Assembly: GCF_030144855.1 (NCBI RefSeq)
Contig: NC_082715.1
Span: 127,286,001-127,350,000, forward strand
Reading direction: 5' to 3'
Length of the DNA: 64,000 nt
DNA from: Hypanus sabinus
Taxonomy: Eukaryota
Shown here: positions 50,357 to 61,869 of the stretch, piece by piece
How the letters are laid out: each line of letters starts with the position of its first letter
How positions within the stretch are numbered: position 1 is the first letter of the stretch
Position numbers and translations under genes: made by a program
The notes under the pieces: generated by a model
What the model was told of the DNA's origin: nothing
Seen by the model: only the letters and a program-made list of their open reading frames with translations
Database searches by the model: none

Positions 50357-50604
50357 GGTTAGGCCATGATGGAGAAGTGACAAGTAACTGGAAGCTGACG
50401 ATCACCTCTGCCCACTCCACAAAACAGCCTGTGCTTCAGAAAGGGAGAACCATGAATACTGACATGTACTGTAGCTCATTAAATACATCTCGCCAGATTC
50501 ACAAGCAAAAGGGAAAATATCGAACCTCTCTACACGTTTAGGCCATACTTGGTGTACTGTGCAGTTCGTTAAACAAAAGAAAGCAAGAATGTAGAAGGGT
50601 GAGA

Positions 50605-50950
50605 GGGCAGCAAAATGGCCCAGCTAGGAGATCTGCTACCTGACAGTTCCAGCAACTCAGGTTCAGTTCTGACCTGCAGCGTTACCTGCTGGAGCTTGTG
50701 TTCCCTGTAATCACACGAGTTTCCTTTGGGTATCCCATTTTCACCACTTCCTCCCCCAACCCAGAGATGTGCAGGTTTCTATATTCGTCAGCCTGTATAA
50801 ATTTTTCCTAAGGTGTAGGTGAGTGGTGGAACCAGGGCAGGGGATGTTGATGGGAATGTAGAGAGAATCAAATTAGATTAGTGTAAATAGATGGCTGATG
50901 GTCAGGATGGATTCGATGGGCTGAAGAGCCTGCTTCTTGCTGTATGGTGC
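50605..50950 (+). mobile_element. HE1-type SINE
   Basis: ctgctacctgacagttccagcaactcaggttcagttctgacc head; gatgggctgaagagcctg tail. Confidence 0.7.
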
Positions 50951-51084
50951 CATGTGACTCTTTACAGCACCAGCTTCGGGGTTCAATTCCCACCACTGTC
51001 TGGAAGGAGTTTATACATTCCCTCTGTGACTGTGCGGTTCTCCTCCGAGTGGTCCATGGCTTCTTCCCACATTCCAAAGATCGG

Positions 51085-51339
51085 AATCAATTTACTAGCA
51101 CCGACATACGTCGTAAAATTTATTAACGACAGCAGCAGTATAATGAAATACGTGATAAATAAATACAGAGAAGAAACTGAATTACAGTAAATTCTATTAA
51201 GTGGTTAAGTTAAAATAAGTAGCGCAAAAACAAAACAGAAATTAAACATGTCGCAAAACAAGGGAAAGTGTGCAAATGCTGGAAATCCAAGTGACACACA
51301 AAATATTTACTGCAGAAGAGTCTCAGCCGTTTCTCCTGC

Positions 51340-51393
<54 letters not shown>

Positions 51394-51605
51394 GCAGAAA
51401 TAAAAAAGTAGTGAGGTAGTGTCCAAGGGTTCGATGTCCATTTAGGAATCAGATGGCAGAGGGGAAGAAGCTGTTTCTGAATCGCTGAGTGTGTGCCTTC
51501 AGGCTTCTGTACCTCCTCTCTGATGGTAACAGTGAGAAAAGGGCATGTCCTGGGTGCTGGGGATCCTTAATGATTGACACTGCCTTCCTAAGCAACTTTG
51601 AAGAT
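51085..51605 (-). mobile_element. Rex1/Babar 3' end interrupted by a Penelope-like remnant and (GT)n at 51343-51389
   Basis: IKDPQHPGHALFSLLPS motif on the minus strand; visible microsatellite. Confidence 0.75.
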
Positions 51606-51864
51606 GTACAGATTAGAAATGGTTAGTAAGTTCTGGGATGCCATGTTGGTGCTGGAAGCACGGCAGTACTTGTGGGCTGCCCCCAGCACTTACTTGGATT
51701 GTGTTAGCCGTTGATGCAGTGATGCACTTCACAGTATAATGTGGGACGAGTAAAACTAATCTTCAGCCTGTCCTGACATTGAGAGAATGCGAACTTGTCT
51801 CTTCTCCAGTGCAGGCATATTCCCACTGATACAGAGAAAATCACCCTCCTCACTTCGGAATTAC

Positions 51865-51927
51865 CTATAGATGTGATATTGTGGCCCTGAACGTCCCTGC
51901 ACACTTTCATGGTTGCAACCAAGAATG
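51865..51927 (-). CDS. Candidate 63-nt exon (FLVATMKVCRDVQGHNITSI)
   Basis: cttctttcccaaaccgatcccag| acceptor and TAG|gtaatt donor; in phase with 53318-53385. Confidence 0.25.
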
Positions 51928-52237
51928 CTGGGATCGGTTTGGGAAAGAAGTGATCACACAGCATGCGGTTACAGAAGTACAATGGTTAAGTGCTGGAGCA
52001 GCAACCCAAAAGTCCTAAACCATTCATCCTGAAACCTGAGTTTCAATCCCACCAGTGCTGCTGGGGAATTTAAGTTCAAGTAATTAAATAATTCTGAGTT
52101 TTATTTAAAAGCTAGCATTAATAACTGTGAAACTATCATTAAATACATTCAGATTTACCAGATTTCTGAACAGCCCATGAACACTAACTCATTATTCTTT
52201 TTTTTCAGTATTTGCTCATTTTTGTGATTTCTAGATC

Positions 52238-52634
52238 TTCTTTTTCTTTTTCAATCTTTTTATTAAATTTCATATAAAAAAAACAACACATGATAATGAA
52301 TAGATTACAAATTCAATAAACTTGAAATTACATTAGTAATAGGATAATAATATCCTATTAAACATCAATCAACAAAAGGTACATAAATCAATCAAGTCTA
52401 TATAAATATATATGAAAAAAAAAACAAAAATAATCATCAAAAAAGAAAAAAAATTTTGAAAATATATATGAGAAAATATATATTGAAAAAAAATACTAAA
52501 CTAAACTAACATGGGCAATAATAGCACTTTATAAATATATGAAGGTGTCAAGAAAAGAACTCCGGAACTCCATACCTGAACAAGGATAAGTAGAGAAAAG
52601 GATCTGAAATAGGCCAAATTAATTCATATGAAAA
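52238..52634 (-). mobile_element. L1/Tx1-type LINE 3' end, severely 5'-truncated
   Basis: Perfect 14-bp TSD GTGATTTCTAGATC (52224-52237 / 52635-52648); AATAAA plus A-rich tail on the minus strand. Confidence 0.85.
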
Positions 52635-53317
52635 GTGATTTCTAGATCAATGTGCGCACAAAATTCAATTCACATTGAAAAGTTGAATGATCACACTGTT
52701 GACATTAATATCAAGGTACTCGAATTTGGGTGATTTAACACAAGCACTTACTGGATTCCCATTTTTCAATCTGTGTCAGCACCAATGACAAGTCCAGAAC
52801 TTTGCCCACACAGGGACAGGTGTCTCCCCAAATCCTACCCCCTCCCCCCCCACCTAGAGACACCCGCCTTAAAGATCAAATAGTCCAGGAGAAACAGATG
52901 AAAACTGCTTCCAGCATACAGAGATGAAACCCAATAACAGGCAGCCCTTCACCAGAAGCAAAACATCATTAAAGCAGTGGGCAGCCTTTCTGCTGTTTAC
53001 AGTAACTCATAGTAACCCAACCCCACTTATGAACAAATGTGATGAAAAATTTGATGACGTATATCACATGCAAGCTAAGCCTTAAATATCAGGCTAGATT
53101 TAATTCCCAGTTTTCTGGTGTTCAATATGTTCGACTAAATCCTCAGCATGGATGATAAGTAGCAGTCTTTTATTTGTTTGAGATAAAATTTGACTAAAAC
53201 CGATATTCCCAACAGAATATTTTCAGTGATCAGGTCGTACCGCTTATAAACAGAACATCAATCAGAGGACTGCCTCATTGTTCAGCACCTTTACCTCTTG
53301 TGATATAATCTGCATAC

Positions 53318-53385
53318 CTGCCAATGAATCAATGCTTTCCAAGATAGACAAATCCTTAATTTGATCCTCCCCTTCTCTGAGGCTA
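53318..53385 (-). CDS. Candidate 68-nt exon (SLREGEDQIKDLSILESIDSLA)
   Basis: Strong ctttgtccttgtttccag| acceptor and CAG|gtatgc donor in unique DNA. Confidence 0.3.
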
Positions 53386-53589
53386 CTGGAAACAAGGACA
53401 AAGCAGTGGTCCAATAGAGAAGGTCACAATTTTTCAATGATCCTGCAGGGTTAATTAACAATTTGGTACTGCTTCAGGTTTCACATAAGGGAAATAGTAA
53501 GAGGAGGTGGCACTGCCTGAGAAGGGGCCAGAGGGTCAGCAGTATCCTGCCGCTAGAGAGTTACTAGGAATCCTGAGAGCCATGCTTCC

Positions 53590-54135
53590 CATAAGACTAT
53601 TCGGCCCATCAAGTCTGCTCCGTCATTCCATCATGACTGATTCCCTCTCAACCTTATTCTCTTTGTCTGCTTCTCATAACCTCTGGCACCCTTACTAATA
53701 GAGAACCTATCAACCTCTGCTTTAAGTATGCACAATGTCTTAGCCTCCACAACCGTTTGTGCCAATAAATCCCATAGATTCACCACCCTCTTGAGAAAGG
53801 CATCCCTCCTCATCTCTGTTCAAAAGGGACATCCTTGTATTTTGAGCCTGTTCTCTCTGGTCCTAGACCCATCCGCTATAAGAAACATCTTCTCCATGTC
53901 CACCCATGTCCAGGCTTTTCGATATTCAATAGGTTTCAATGAGATCTCCCCTCAGTTTTCTGAACTGCAGCAATACAGGCTGAGATTGATGAAACGCTCC
54001 TCCTTCCCGAGATTATTCTCACGAACCTTCTCTGGAATTTCTCCATTGCCATCAGATCCTTTCTGAGATGCGAGGCCCAAAACCGTTCACGGTTCTCCAG
54101 GTGCAGTCTGGCCAATGCTTTGCAAAGCCTGAACA
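53590..54135 (-). mobile_element. CR1 LINE 3' fragment
   Basis: LCKALARLHLE..FWASHLRKD; RVVNLW. Confidence 0.8.
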
Positions 54136-55639
54136 ATCTGTTCCCAGTCACCTACCCCAACATCACCTGCTGCTGCAAAGCAATTTTTAGAGGAACTCAG
54201 TGAGTCAGGCAGCATCCGTGAGGTGAGAGGGATTCAGACCAAAATCCTGCATTGGGACCAAGGCTGAAGAGAGACAATATCAAAGAAAATGGGGTGATAC
54301 GGTGTGGTAGGACAGGAGCCTGGTCTGAGGAAGGGTAGGGGTGATGAGCAGATCGAGCCAGGTAGGGGAGGGGAATGGGTGGGGTTGGGAGGGTGTTGGA
54401 TTGTTGGATCGAGAAAGTCAGAAAAGGGGCAAATGGAGCCTGGTGTGGAGAGGGTGAAGATAAAGACACCTATGAGGATCCTAAATAGAAACAGAGGCCA
54501 CCCGTGCTGGAACATAAGGAGCAAAGTGTTAAAGAGAAGCATGAGTGGGAGGTGAAGTGTCTGTTGCTTTAACGAGCCAGCGGTTTGTACCTCATTGGAC
54601 CAGGTTGGATGCTCATCATTACTCTGTCCTCTGTAGTTCCAGGTCCAAGGGGAGATCTTCTCCAGAACAAGGAGAGGCAATTCAAAAACCTTACGACTTT
54701 GGCCCAACTCCTCAGCTGATCTGCAACTCACTCAGGCCTCACCCTCGAAGACTGCTGTTATTTATTTGCTTATTAGACCACAATGGGAGGCTGTTCAGCC
54801 ATCAACAGCCCTACTCTACCATGTCCTCTTCTAACTTCCCTGCAAGTTATTTTCTCTCACACGGCAGCCAGCTGCCTCTTGCCACTCACCCGCACGTTGC
54901 CCTGGCCGATTGCAGAGGAAAGGGTGGTGCGCGGGCGGGTCTCTGGTCAGCAGAGGGTGCTGACTTGTGGGGAGAAAGTGTGAAGTCCACACACACACAC
55001 ACACCAAAGTTAGGATAAACCTTGGTCACTAGGGAAGCGAGGCAGTAGCTCAACCTGTTGTGCCACTGTACTGCCTGTGGTTGTCTCTCACCGGCCTCCT
55101 CAGTTTGAGGGTTCGCCTGTTCCCCCTTCCCACCCAGATTCTACCATGGGGGTAATTGACACTGGCTAATCAACCAACATGTCTTTGGGATGCAAGATAA
55201 ACTGGAGCACCCAGAGGGAATCCAGGTGGTCACAGGGAGAGCCTGCAAACTCCACGCAGACAGAACCTGAAGTCAGGATTTAACCCAGTTCGGTGAAACT
55301 GTGAGACAGTGTTCATAATTGTTACACCATGATGCCGCCTCCAGCTGGCCAGAAGCGCACATCCCTGCAGAAGAGCTTCCTGAGTCCAGCTGACATACCC
55401 CATTGCCAGAGTTGCCTGGAGACCATCTTAACCACCCCAAAGCTTCCCCAAAACAGACGACGCAGGGAGGCTCAGCAGGTCAGGCAGCCGCCGGGTAAGG
55501 AGAAACAGAGCTAATGTTTCATGCCATCACCAATAAAACCTAATAGGCAACATGCTCTATTTAACAAAGCTCCTATAATATACCTCAAACTTGCAAGTGC
55601 ATGGATCCACGATAGTAAGTCAATAGATAACAAGGAGTT

Positions 55640-55866
55640 ACATAGAAACATTGAAATCTACAGCGCAATACAGGCCCTTCGGCCCACAAGGTTGTGCCCA
55701 CCCTGTACCCTACTCTAGCAGCTGCCTAGAATTTCCCTACCCCATAGCCCTCTATTTTTCTGAGCTCTATGTACTTATCTAACAGTCTTTCAAAAGACCC
55801 CATTGTATCTGCCTCCACCACCTTCGCCGGCAGTGCATTCCACAACCCACCACTCTCAGTGTGAAA
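55640..55866 (-). mobile_element. CR1 3' tail
   Basis: Closely matches 10390-10600. Confidence 0.8.
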
Positions 55867-56486
55867 AGTAAAAGTTTGTGCATATATACTGTGCAACTGA
55901 ATTTACACACTGGATCAGTTGCTCACTGTTACATCGCCATCCCTTGTCATGAAGTAAAAATGAATAATGGCCATAATTCCACCTATAAACCATTGAACCA
56001 CTAAAATATTCACCCATACAATCAATGCAATATTTCTATAGGCACAATACTGCACTATCAGTGCAAAATGCTGCCCGCTGACTAAACGTCTAGATGAGAT
56101 CATTGATGCATGCTGTATCTCTGGAGCCAACCATCAGGGAACGCCAAGATTGATGCTGAAATTTGCCCTTGCCCTCCGAGCAGCCGTGCTGCCTTTACCT
56201 GTATAAGGATAGGAGAGTTTGCGGGCTGAGGCCTCAAGCCCAGCATAAAGGTCTGTTGGTCTACCAGGCAGGGGTGAATTCTGTCCCCCTTCCCTACCTG
56301 TTTCAGATCGGTTACTACAGCAGACTCCTCAGAGAAGTATGTCTGGAAACCATTCTATTGACTGCATAATCTGGGAGAGAGTGTGTGGCTGAGAGTTCGA
56401 TTCAGAGCAACCCTACCAGCCCCTTCGAAAGTTCTTCATGAGTACTATTTTATGTTGGGGTCCAGACAGGAATAGAAGCCACTTAC

Positions 56487-57312
56487 TTTAGTTTGTTTCC
56501 AGGTGTACTGCTGAAGGGTGTCTGTTAGCGCTAGCCACTTCCATCTGCTGCACCTTGCTGGTTGGGTATATGGAACGATCTCGATGTGTGGGGCCTTGGT
56601 TTCCACCACCGGTCCCAGGCCTGGGAGAGGAGGGTGGTGGTGCTGAGTATCAGGCCAGCGCCCGGTGAGTCCCTGTTCGGATCCAACGTTCAGCCCTCCA
56701 CCACTGACTCAGGCTTTCCAGCAATGGCGCAGACGGGAACACATTTCCGTCAAGAGCTTAAGCGACTGGAGTCAGATGAAGAACAGGCATGGTTCCCCAG
56801 TTTGAGTCATGCAATGATTTTACGGTTTCACATCCTTAATCTCTGCCCCTACCCCAGGGAAAATGAGGTTGTGAGTTTCATTACCTTTTGTAAAATGATG
56901 TTCTGCACAAACATATTGAGGATGTTTCTATTTACAGGGTCTCTGTTCGTGACCATTTCCTTTGACTGCACACAGGTTTGTGTGAAGTGATAGCTCTTTC
57001 CAATACTTTGTCATCACAGCCATTAAAAGGAAGAGCAATGCTGACAGGCTCCCAGCCAACGAGGCATGATATTCGTTTCTAACCATCTGCTGAAATACGT
57101 TGCAATATGCAAGAGTATCAATATGTCAGAGCGACAAGCAATCTGGCCGCCAAACATCTTAAACTCGAGAAATTCTGCAGGCGCTGGCAATCCAAGCAAC
57201 TCACACAAAATGCTGGAGGAGCTCAGCCGGCCGGGCAGCATCCATGGAAAAGAATAAACAGTTGACATTTTCAGCCAAGATCTTTCTGCTCATTTTTCTA
57301 TATTAGTTACCG
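56487..57312 (-). other. Copy A of a locally duplicated promoter/short-intron/hairpin module (candidate spliced ncRNA)
   Basis: 57020-57089 matches 61557-61626 at 62/70; 56640-56723 matches 61263-61346 at 57/84 ungapped; GT-AG intron candidate 56884-56766; donor at 56486. Confidence 0.45.
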
Positions 57313-57761
57313 GTGTGACCTGGACAAAAAGCCAACCCAATCATGTAAGCCGAGCGACAAACAAGTTCAAAGAACTATCCAGTTCACCTCTGTAAGGACA
57401 ACATTTTGATCGAGGGGTAACATTCTTCCAAGTTGGTCATCTAACTGTTTAGATCTGGGTCAGGCTTCAAAGAACTAAAATACTCCCAAGTTGAAATTCA
57501 GCATCAAGTGGTCCAAATGTGGGAGTTGTAGAGCACTCATCAGATGGGGCAGGAGTTGGCTGAGAGGACTGGTAGTTTGTGAGGTGGTACGTTCCTTCCA
57601 TCGCTTACATAGAGGCTTTGAGATTCTCAGTACCACCGCAAATGTTCCTTTTCCACTTCGTCAGTGAAGCCTTGAGCTCCTCTTGGAACCTTTCCCTCTT
57701 TCTGCCTGGTAATCTCTCAAGTTTGCTTGGATCTGGTGTCACGCATGCAAGTGACACCTAC

Positions 57762-57873
57762 CTTGTTTAAAACAGCCAGCTGGATGTAACTGGGTCCTCG
57801 GTGCAGGAGGTGCTGGCCCGGGAACGGGCACTGACCTCGGTTTTGTGGGTTTCGGAGGATCTCGTGGAGCCAT
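57762..57873 (-). CDS. Candidate first coding segment, proline-rich (MAPRDPPKPTKPRSVPVPGPAPPAPRTQLHPAGCFKQ)
   Basis: gccacaATGg Kozak context, upstream acceptor at 57910, AAG|gtaggt donor, GC-rich unique DNA. Confidence 0.3.
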
Positions 57874-58482
57874 TGTGGCTGGTATTACCGTAGAGTCTGG
57901 AGAAGCCCGCTGCAGACGGGAGCAGGTTTGTTGCCAGGCTCCCTCATCCACTCTATGTGCCAGAACTCAGTTTCTGCACTGGGCACAAGCAACACTTGTC
58001 CTTCAGAGCTTTGGCAAAGCAATTTCCATCTTATTCATTGAATTGAGCTCTCCTTCAGAGCACCGCAGAGGTCCCTTGAGACCCGACGGATCCACAGCTC
58101 ACTGCTTGATATCTCTACACACACATCAAACGGGATACCCAGGAGTAGACCTGCCCTCTGGGACTGTTACCTCTGCATCAGTCAGTCACTCCGACTCAGC
58201 TTTGACTCGTTTCTTGACAGGCATTGGAACAAGCCTTGCCAGGGTGTGTGAAGAGTCGATCAATGGAGTAACTAAGGATTATAGCTTGTTGTCCTCCATG
58301 CTTTAGCTTTGTTTAGGGGGAAGTAGTGTGGGATATTGTGTACATCTACTGTGCATGATGGGCTGGTGTCATTGAGCCATAGTCATGCAGCTGTAGGACA
58401 TGGGAACGGGCCATTCAGCCAACTCGTCCATGTCGGTTTCACGTAAACACAAGAGATTCTATAGATGCTGAAAATCCAGAGC

Positions 58483-58610
58483 NNNNNNNNNNNNNNNNNN
58501 NNNNNNNNNNNNNNNNNNNNNNNNNNNNNNNNNNNNNNNNNNNNNNNNNNNNNNNNNNNNNNNNNNNNNNNNNNNNNNNNNNNNNNNNNNNNNNNNNNNN
58601 NNNNNNNNNN
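58483..58610. other. Assembly gap (128 N)
   Basis: N run inside a Penelope-like terminus. Confidence 1.
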
Positions 58611-58858
58611 TTTAGGTGGCATCTATGAAAATGAATAAACAGTTGACGATTGGGGCTTAGAACCTTCATCAGGACCGGGAAGGAAGGAGCGAGATGCCAG
58701 AATAAAAAGGTGCTTTGGGGAGGGGAAGGAGGAAAAACTAGATGGGGATAATGGGATGCAAAACATGAGGAAATCTGCAGATGTTGGAAATTCAAGCAAC
58801 ACACGCAAAATGCTGGTGGAACACAGCAAGCCAGGCAGAATCTATAGGAAGAAGCACT

Positions 58859-58892
58859 GTCAACGTTTCAGGCCGAGACCCTTCATCAGGAC
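58859..58892 (-). ncRNA. Near-intact minimal hammerhead motif in a Penelope-like terminus
   Basis: GUC-CUGAUGA-AGGGUCUCGGCCU-GAAAC-GUU-GAC; core intact, GUU triplet, G-U closing stem II. Confidence 0.45.
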
Positions 58893-58954
58893 TAACAAAG
58901 TCTCGGCCCAAAACATCGACTGTTAAAAGGTACCAGAAGGAGAAATCTTTCTCA

Positions 58955-59630
58955 TGAGCTAGTCCCATTTGACCCATATCACTCTAAATGTTTCTTATCC
59001 ATTTACCCACCTGATCATCGTTTTTGTTGCAATTGTACCACTTCTGGCTCCTCATCTGGCAGCTAGTTCCATGTAGTCACCACCCTCTGTGCAAAAAGAA
59101 GGTGAATGGCATATGAAACATGCCAAATGCATTCTTCACCTCCCTGTCTACCTCTGTCGCCATTTTGAAAGAACCACGTACTAGTACTGTCCGATGTCTC
59201 TGCTCAAGATCACTCGCCAGGGCCCTGCCGTTTACCGTGTAAGTCCCACCCTGATTTCATCTGTAATCTTAGACAACGTTCTCCACTATCATTCTTATCC
59301 AAGTCACTAAAATAGCTGACAAACTACAGTGAACCCAGCACCAATCCTGCAAAAGACCCGTGATTCCAGGCTTCCCATCCGAGTAGCAGCCTCCAGTAGA
59401 ACCCTCTGACTCCTACTTACGATGCCAACTTTGTATCCAATTGATTGGCAAGCTCGCCCTGGATCATGTGATATGAACTAATCTTTTGGCCCAGCCTAAC
59501 ATACAGGATCCTGCCATAGGCCTTGCTAAAGTCCACGTAGACAACATCCACATCATCAGACTGCTAAGTCAACCCTTCAAAAAATCCAGTCAAAGTTGTG
59601 CCACATGGTTTCCTATGCACAAAGCATAAT
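58955..59630 (-). mobile_element. Fragmented old CR1 LINE
   Basis: VVYVDFSKAY-type motif (ccttgctaaagtccacgtagacaacatc on +) and CR1 tail pieces. Confidence 0.65.
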
Positions 59631-60129
59631 GCATGGTTAAACCTTTGAAATATTGTCTCAGTCACTGCTGTCTGTAAAGGATTTTAACTTGAACTGGGCA
59701 GCTTGGGTGTAATATGTCCAGTATTAAAGAAGCCACATACATTACAAATGTTTAATGGTTCGTGTTCAGCCTTCCAAATAAGTCACTACATTTTTTGACA
59801 TATTTATATTTTGTCTTAAAGCAATGCATTAACTGAGCAGCCATTCTGTAACCAGTCCAAGGAACTCTGAGAATTGTAGCTACCAGATAGGCTGGCTCAG
59901 TGTTCTGTCTGGTTATAAATTGTTGCAGATCCTGTACAAAAGAGAATTCCAGGAAATGGACCCTGTGATGGTGAAGGAAGGGTGGAACCTAGAACTGGAT
60001 TATCCCTGCCTCCGACCACAGCTCCAATCTGTGGAACAAGTAAAGAGTAGTGGCAAGAAGATCAATGCAAGACCCTTCTCTTTCACATGAGATTCTAAAT
60101 TGTTGCAAGACCAATGAAGGCATGAACTA

Positions 60130-60347
60130 CAAACACAAAGTACACTGCAGATGCTGCGGTCAAAGCAACATGTACAAACAAGCTGGAGGAACTCAGCAGG
60201 TCGGGCAGCATCCGTGGAAATGAGCGGTCAATGTTTCGGGCCGAGACCCTTCGGCAGGACTGATGAAGGGTCTCGGCCCAAAACGTTGACCGCTCATTTC
60301 CATGGATGCTGCCCGACCTGCCGAGTTCCTCCAGCTTGTTTGTATGT
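60130..60347. mobile_element. Fold-back (inverted pair) of Penelope-like termini
   Basis: About 80-bp arms 60173-60252 and 60265-60344 are reverse complements with few mismatches. Confidence 0.85.
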
Positions 60348-61229
60348 AAGACATGAACTATGTCAGACAGCAAATGTTTGTCCGTTGAATTCAGTACAGA
60401 GACTTACTCCATAGTTAACTTTTCAGGTTCAGCCTAACACAATGCAACCAACTGCTTCATTCTAAATGCTGGTGGTAGAGGTCATGGCTATGAGAGGTGC
60501 TGTCAGTGTAGCCCACTGTGCTTTAGGGCATGTAGATGGCCAGCATCATTGTCACTGCGTTGAGCTGATGAAGGTTTAGGGAAGGGGTGCCAGTCAGCTT
60601 TGTCCTGAATGCACTGAGTACAGGAGTGCTGGCAGCTGGGAACCAATCCCTCAAATTAAATTGGTAAATTGGTTTATTATCATCACAGGTACTGAGGTGC
60701 AGTCAAAGACTTAGTCCTGCAAATCCTTCATACAGATCATTGGGTTGCAGCAGCACATCGAGATAGTACAGAAGAAATGTAGTATCTGAATGCAGAATGC
60801 GCTATGGAGAAAGTACAGTGTAGGAGCAGGGACAGGCAAGGTAAACTATGAGGTCAACAGTCTGTCTTGTCATACTAGGGAACTGTTGAATCATTTTGTG
60901 ACAGTGGGATAGAAGCTGTCCTTGAGCCTGGGGGTACGTGCTTTCAGCCTTTTGTGTCTTCTGCCAGAAAGTGGGGGAGAAAGAAGAAGGTTCATTCTAT
61001 AGTCTTACAAACACAGGGTAGAAACTGTTCTTGAACTCATGGGGCACTGCCTCACAGCTCCAGGGATGACTGTGTGGGGTTTGCAGGATCTCCCTCCTGT
61101 TCTGTTGCTGGCGGAAAGACGTTGGGTTGTCAGGAGGTGTGCGGCGTCTGTTATGACCGCTTGCCGCCTGTCTGCTGGGGAATGCAGGCACTCCCAGTGC
61201 TGGAAGCCTTCGGCCCTACCTGCCAGCCC

Positions 61230-61419
61230 CGACAGAGGGGTCGGAGGTGCTGCCACCCACAAGTGCTGAGCATCAGGGCAGGGTCAGGAACATTCGTGTC
61301 CCGATCCAACGCTCAGCCCTCTGCCAGCGATGGACTGCACCCAGCAGCGCCGCTGTGAAGAGGTGAAGGGGCGCAGAATAGCAGTCGTAAGTTTTCAGGT
61401 GACTGCAGTCCTACAGTCA

Positions 61420-61458
<39 letters not shown>

Positions 61459-61728
61459 TTCTCTTTTGGCGTGCTCCAGTTCACCACCGTTCCCCTCAGC
61501 TGGACACAAAACCCTGCAGCCACTCCCAATGACTTGTCATCACACACATTGCATAACCATTATAAAGAAGAACAATGCTGACAGGCTCCCAACCAATGAG
61601 GCATGACATCCATTTCTAACCATCTGTTTACTTTCACTGTAATTTGCAAGAGCAGATAACTGTCATAATGACAAGTATCCTGACCACCAAGCAGCATCTT
61701 CGCATTTTTCTGCATTAATTAACTAGGT
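61230..61728 (-). other. Copy B of the duplicated module
   Basis: CCAAT 61593-61597, TATA-like 61559-61567, donor GTGAGT at 61458, (AC)n in the 106-nt intron, strong acceptor before 61352, hairpin 61261-61320. Confidence 0.45.
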
Positions 61729-61869
61729 TTTGGGTGCACACCACACTCCACTACTACCCATAAGAGCTCCTGATGATTACAAGACAAGCTAATATCAGTA
61801 GCAACATATATCTGTCTCAGAAGCTGACCTTGGAACATCTTTCAAGAAGGTGAAAATTCTTATAAGGCA

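Noticed and set aside
56630-56705. SECIS element (UGAA...AA...UGAU geometry on the minus strand, just after an in-frame TGA)
   Set aside because: Lacks the purine before UGA, helix II is weak, the competing GCUGA/UCAGC stem is more stable, and copy B lacks the apical AA at the expected position.
57005-57020. C/D-box snoRNA (GTGATGA on the minus strand in both duplicated copies)
   Set aside because: No suitably placed CTGA box D or terminal stem in copy A.
57735-57758. Perfect 8-bp inverted repeat GGTGTCAC..GTGACACC beside a donor site
   Set aside because: A single short hairpin like this is expected by chance in 64 kb; no further support.
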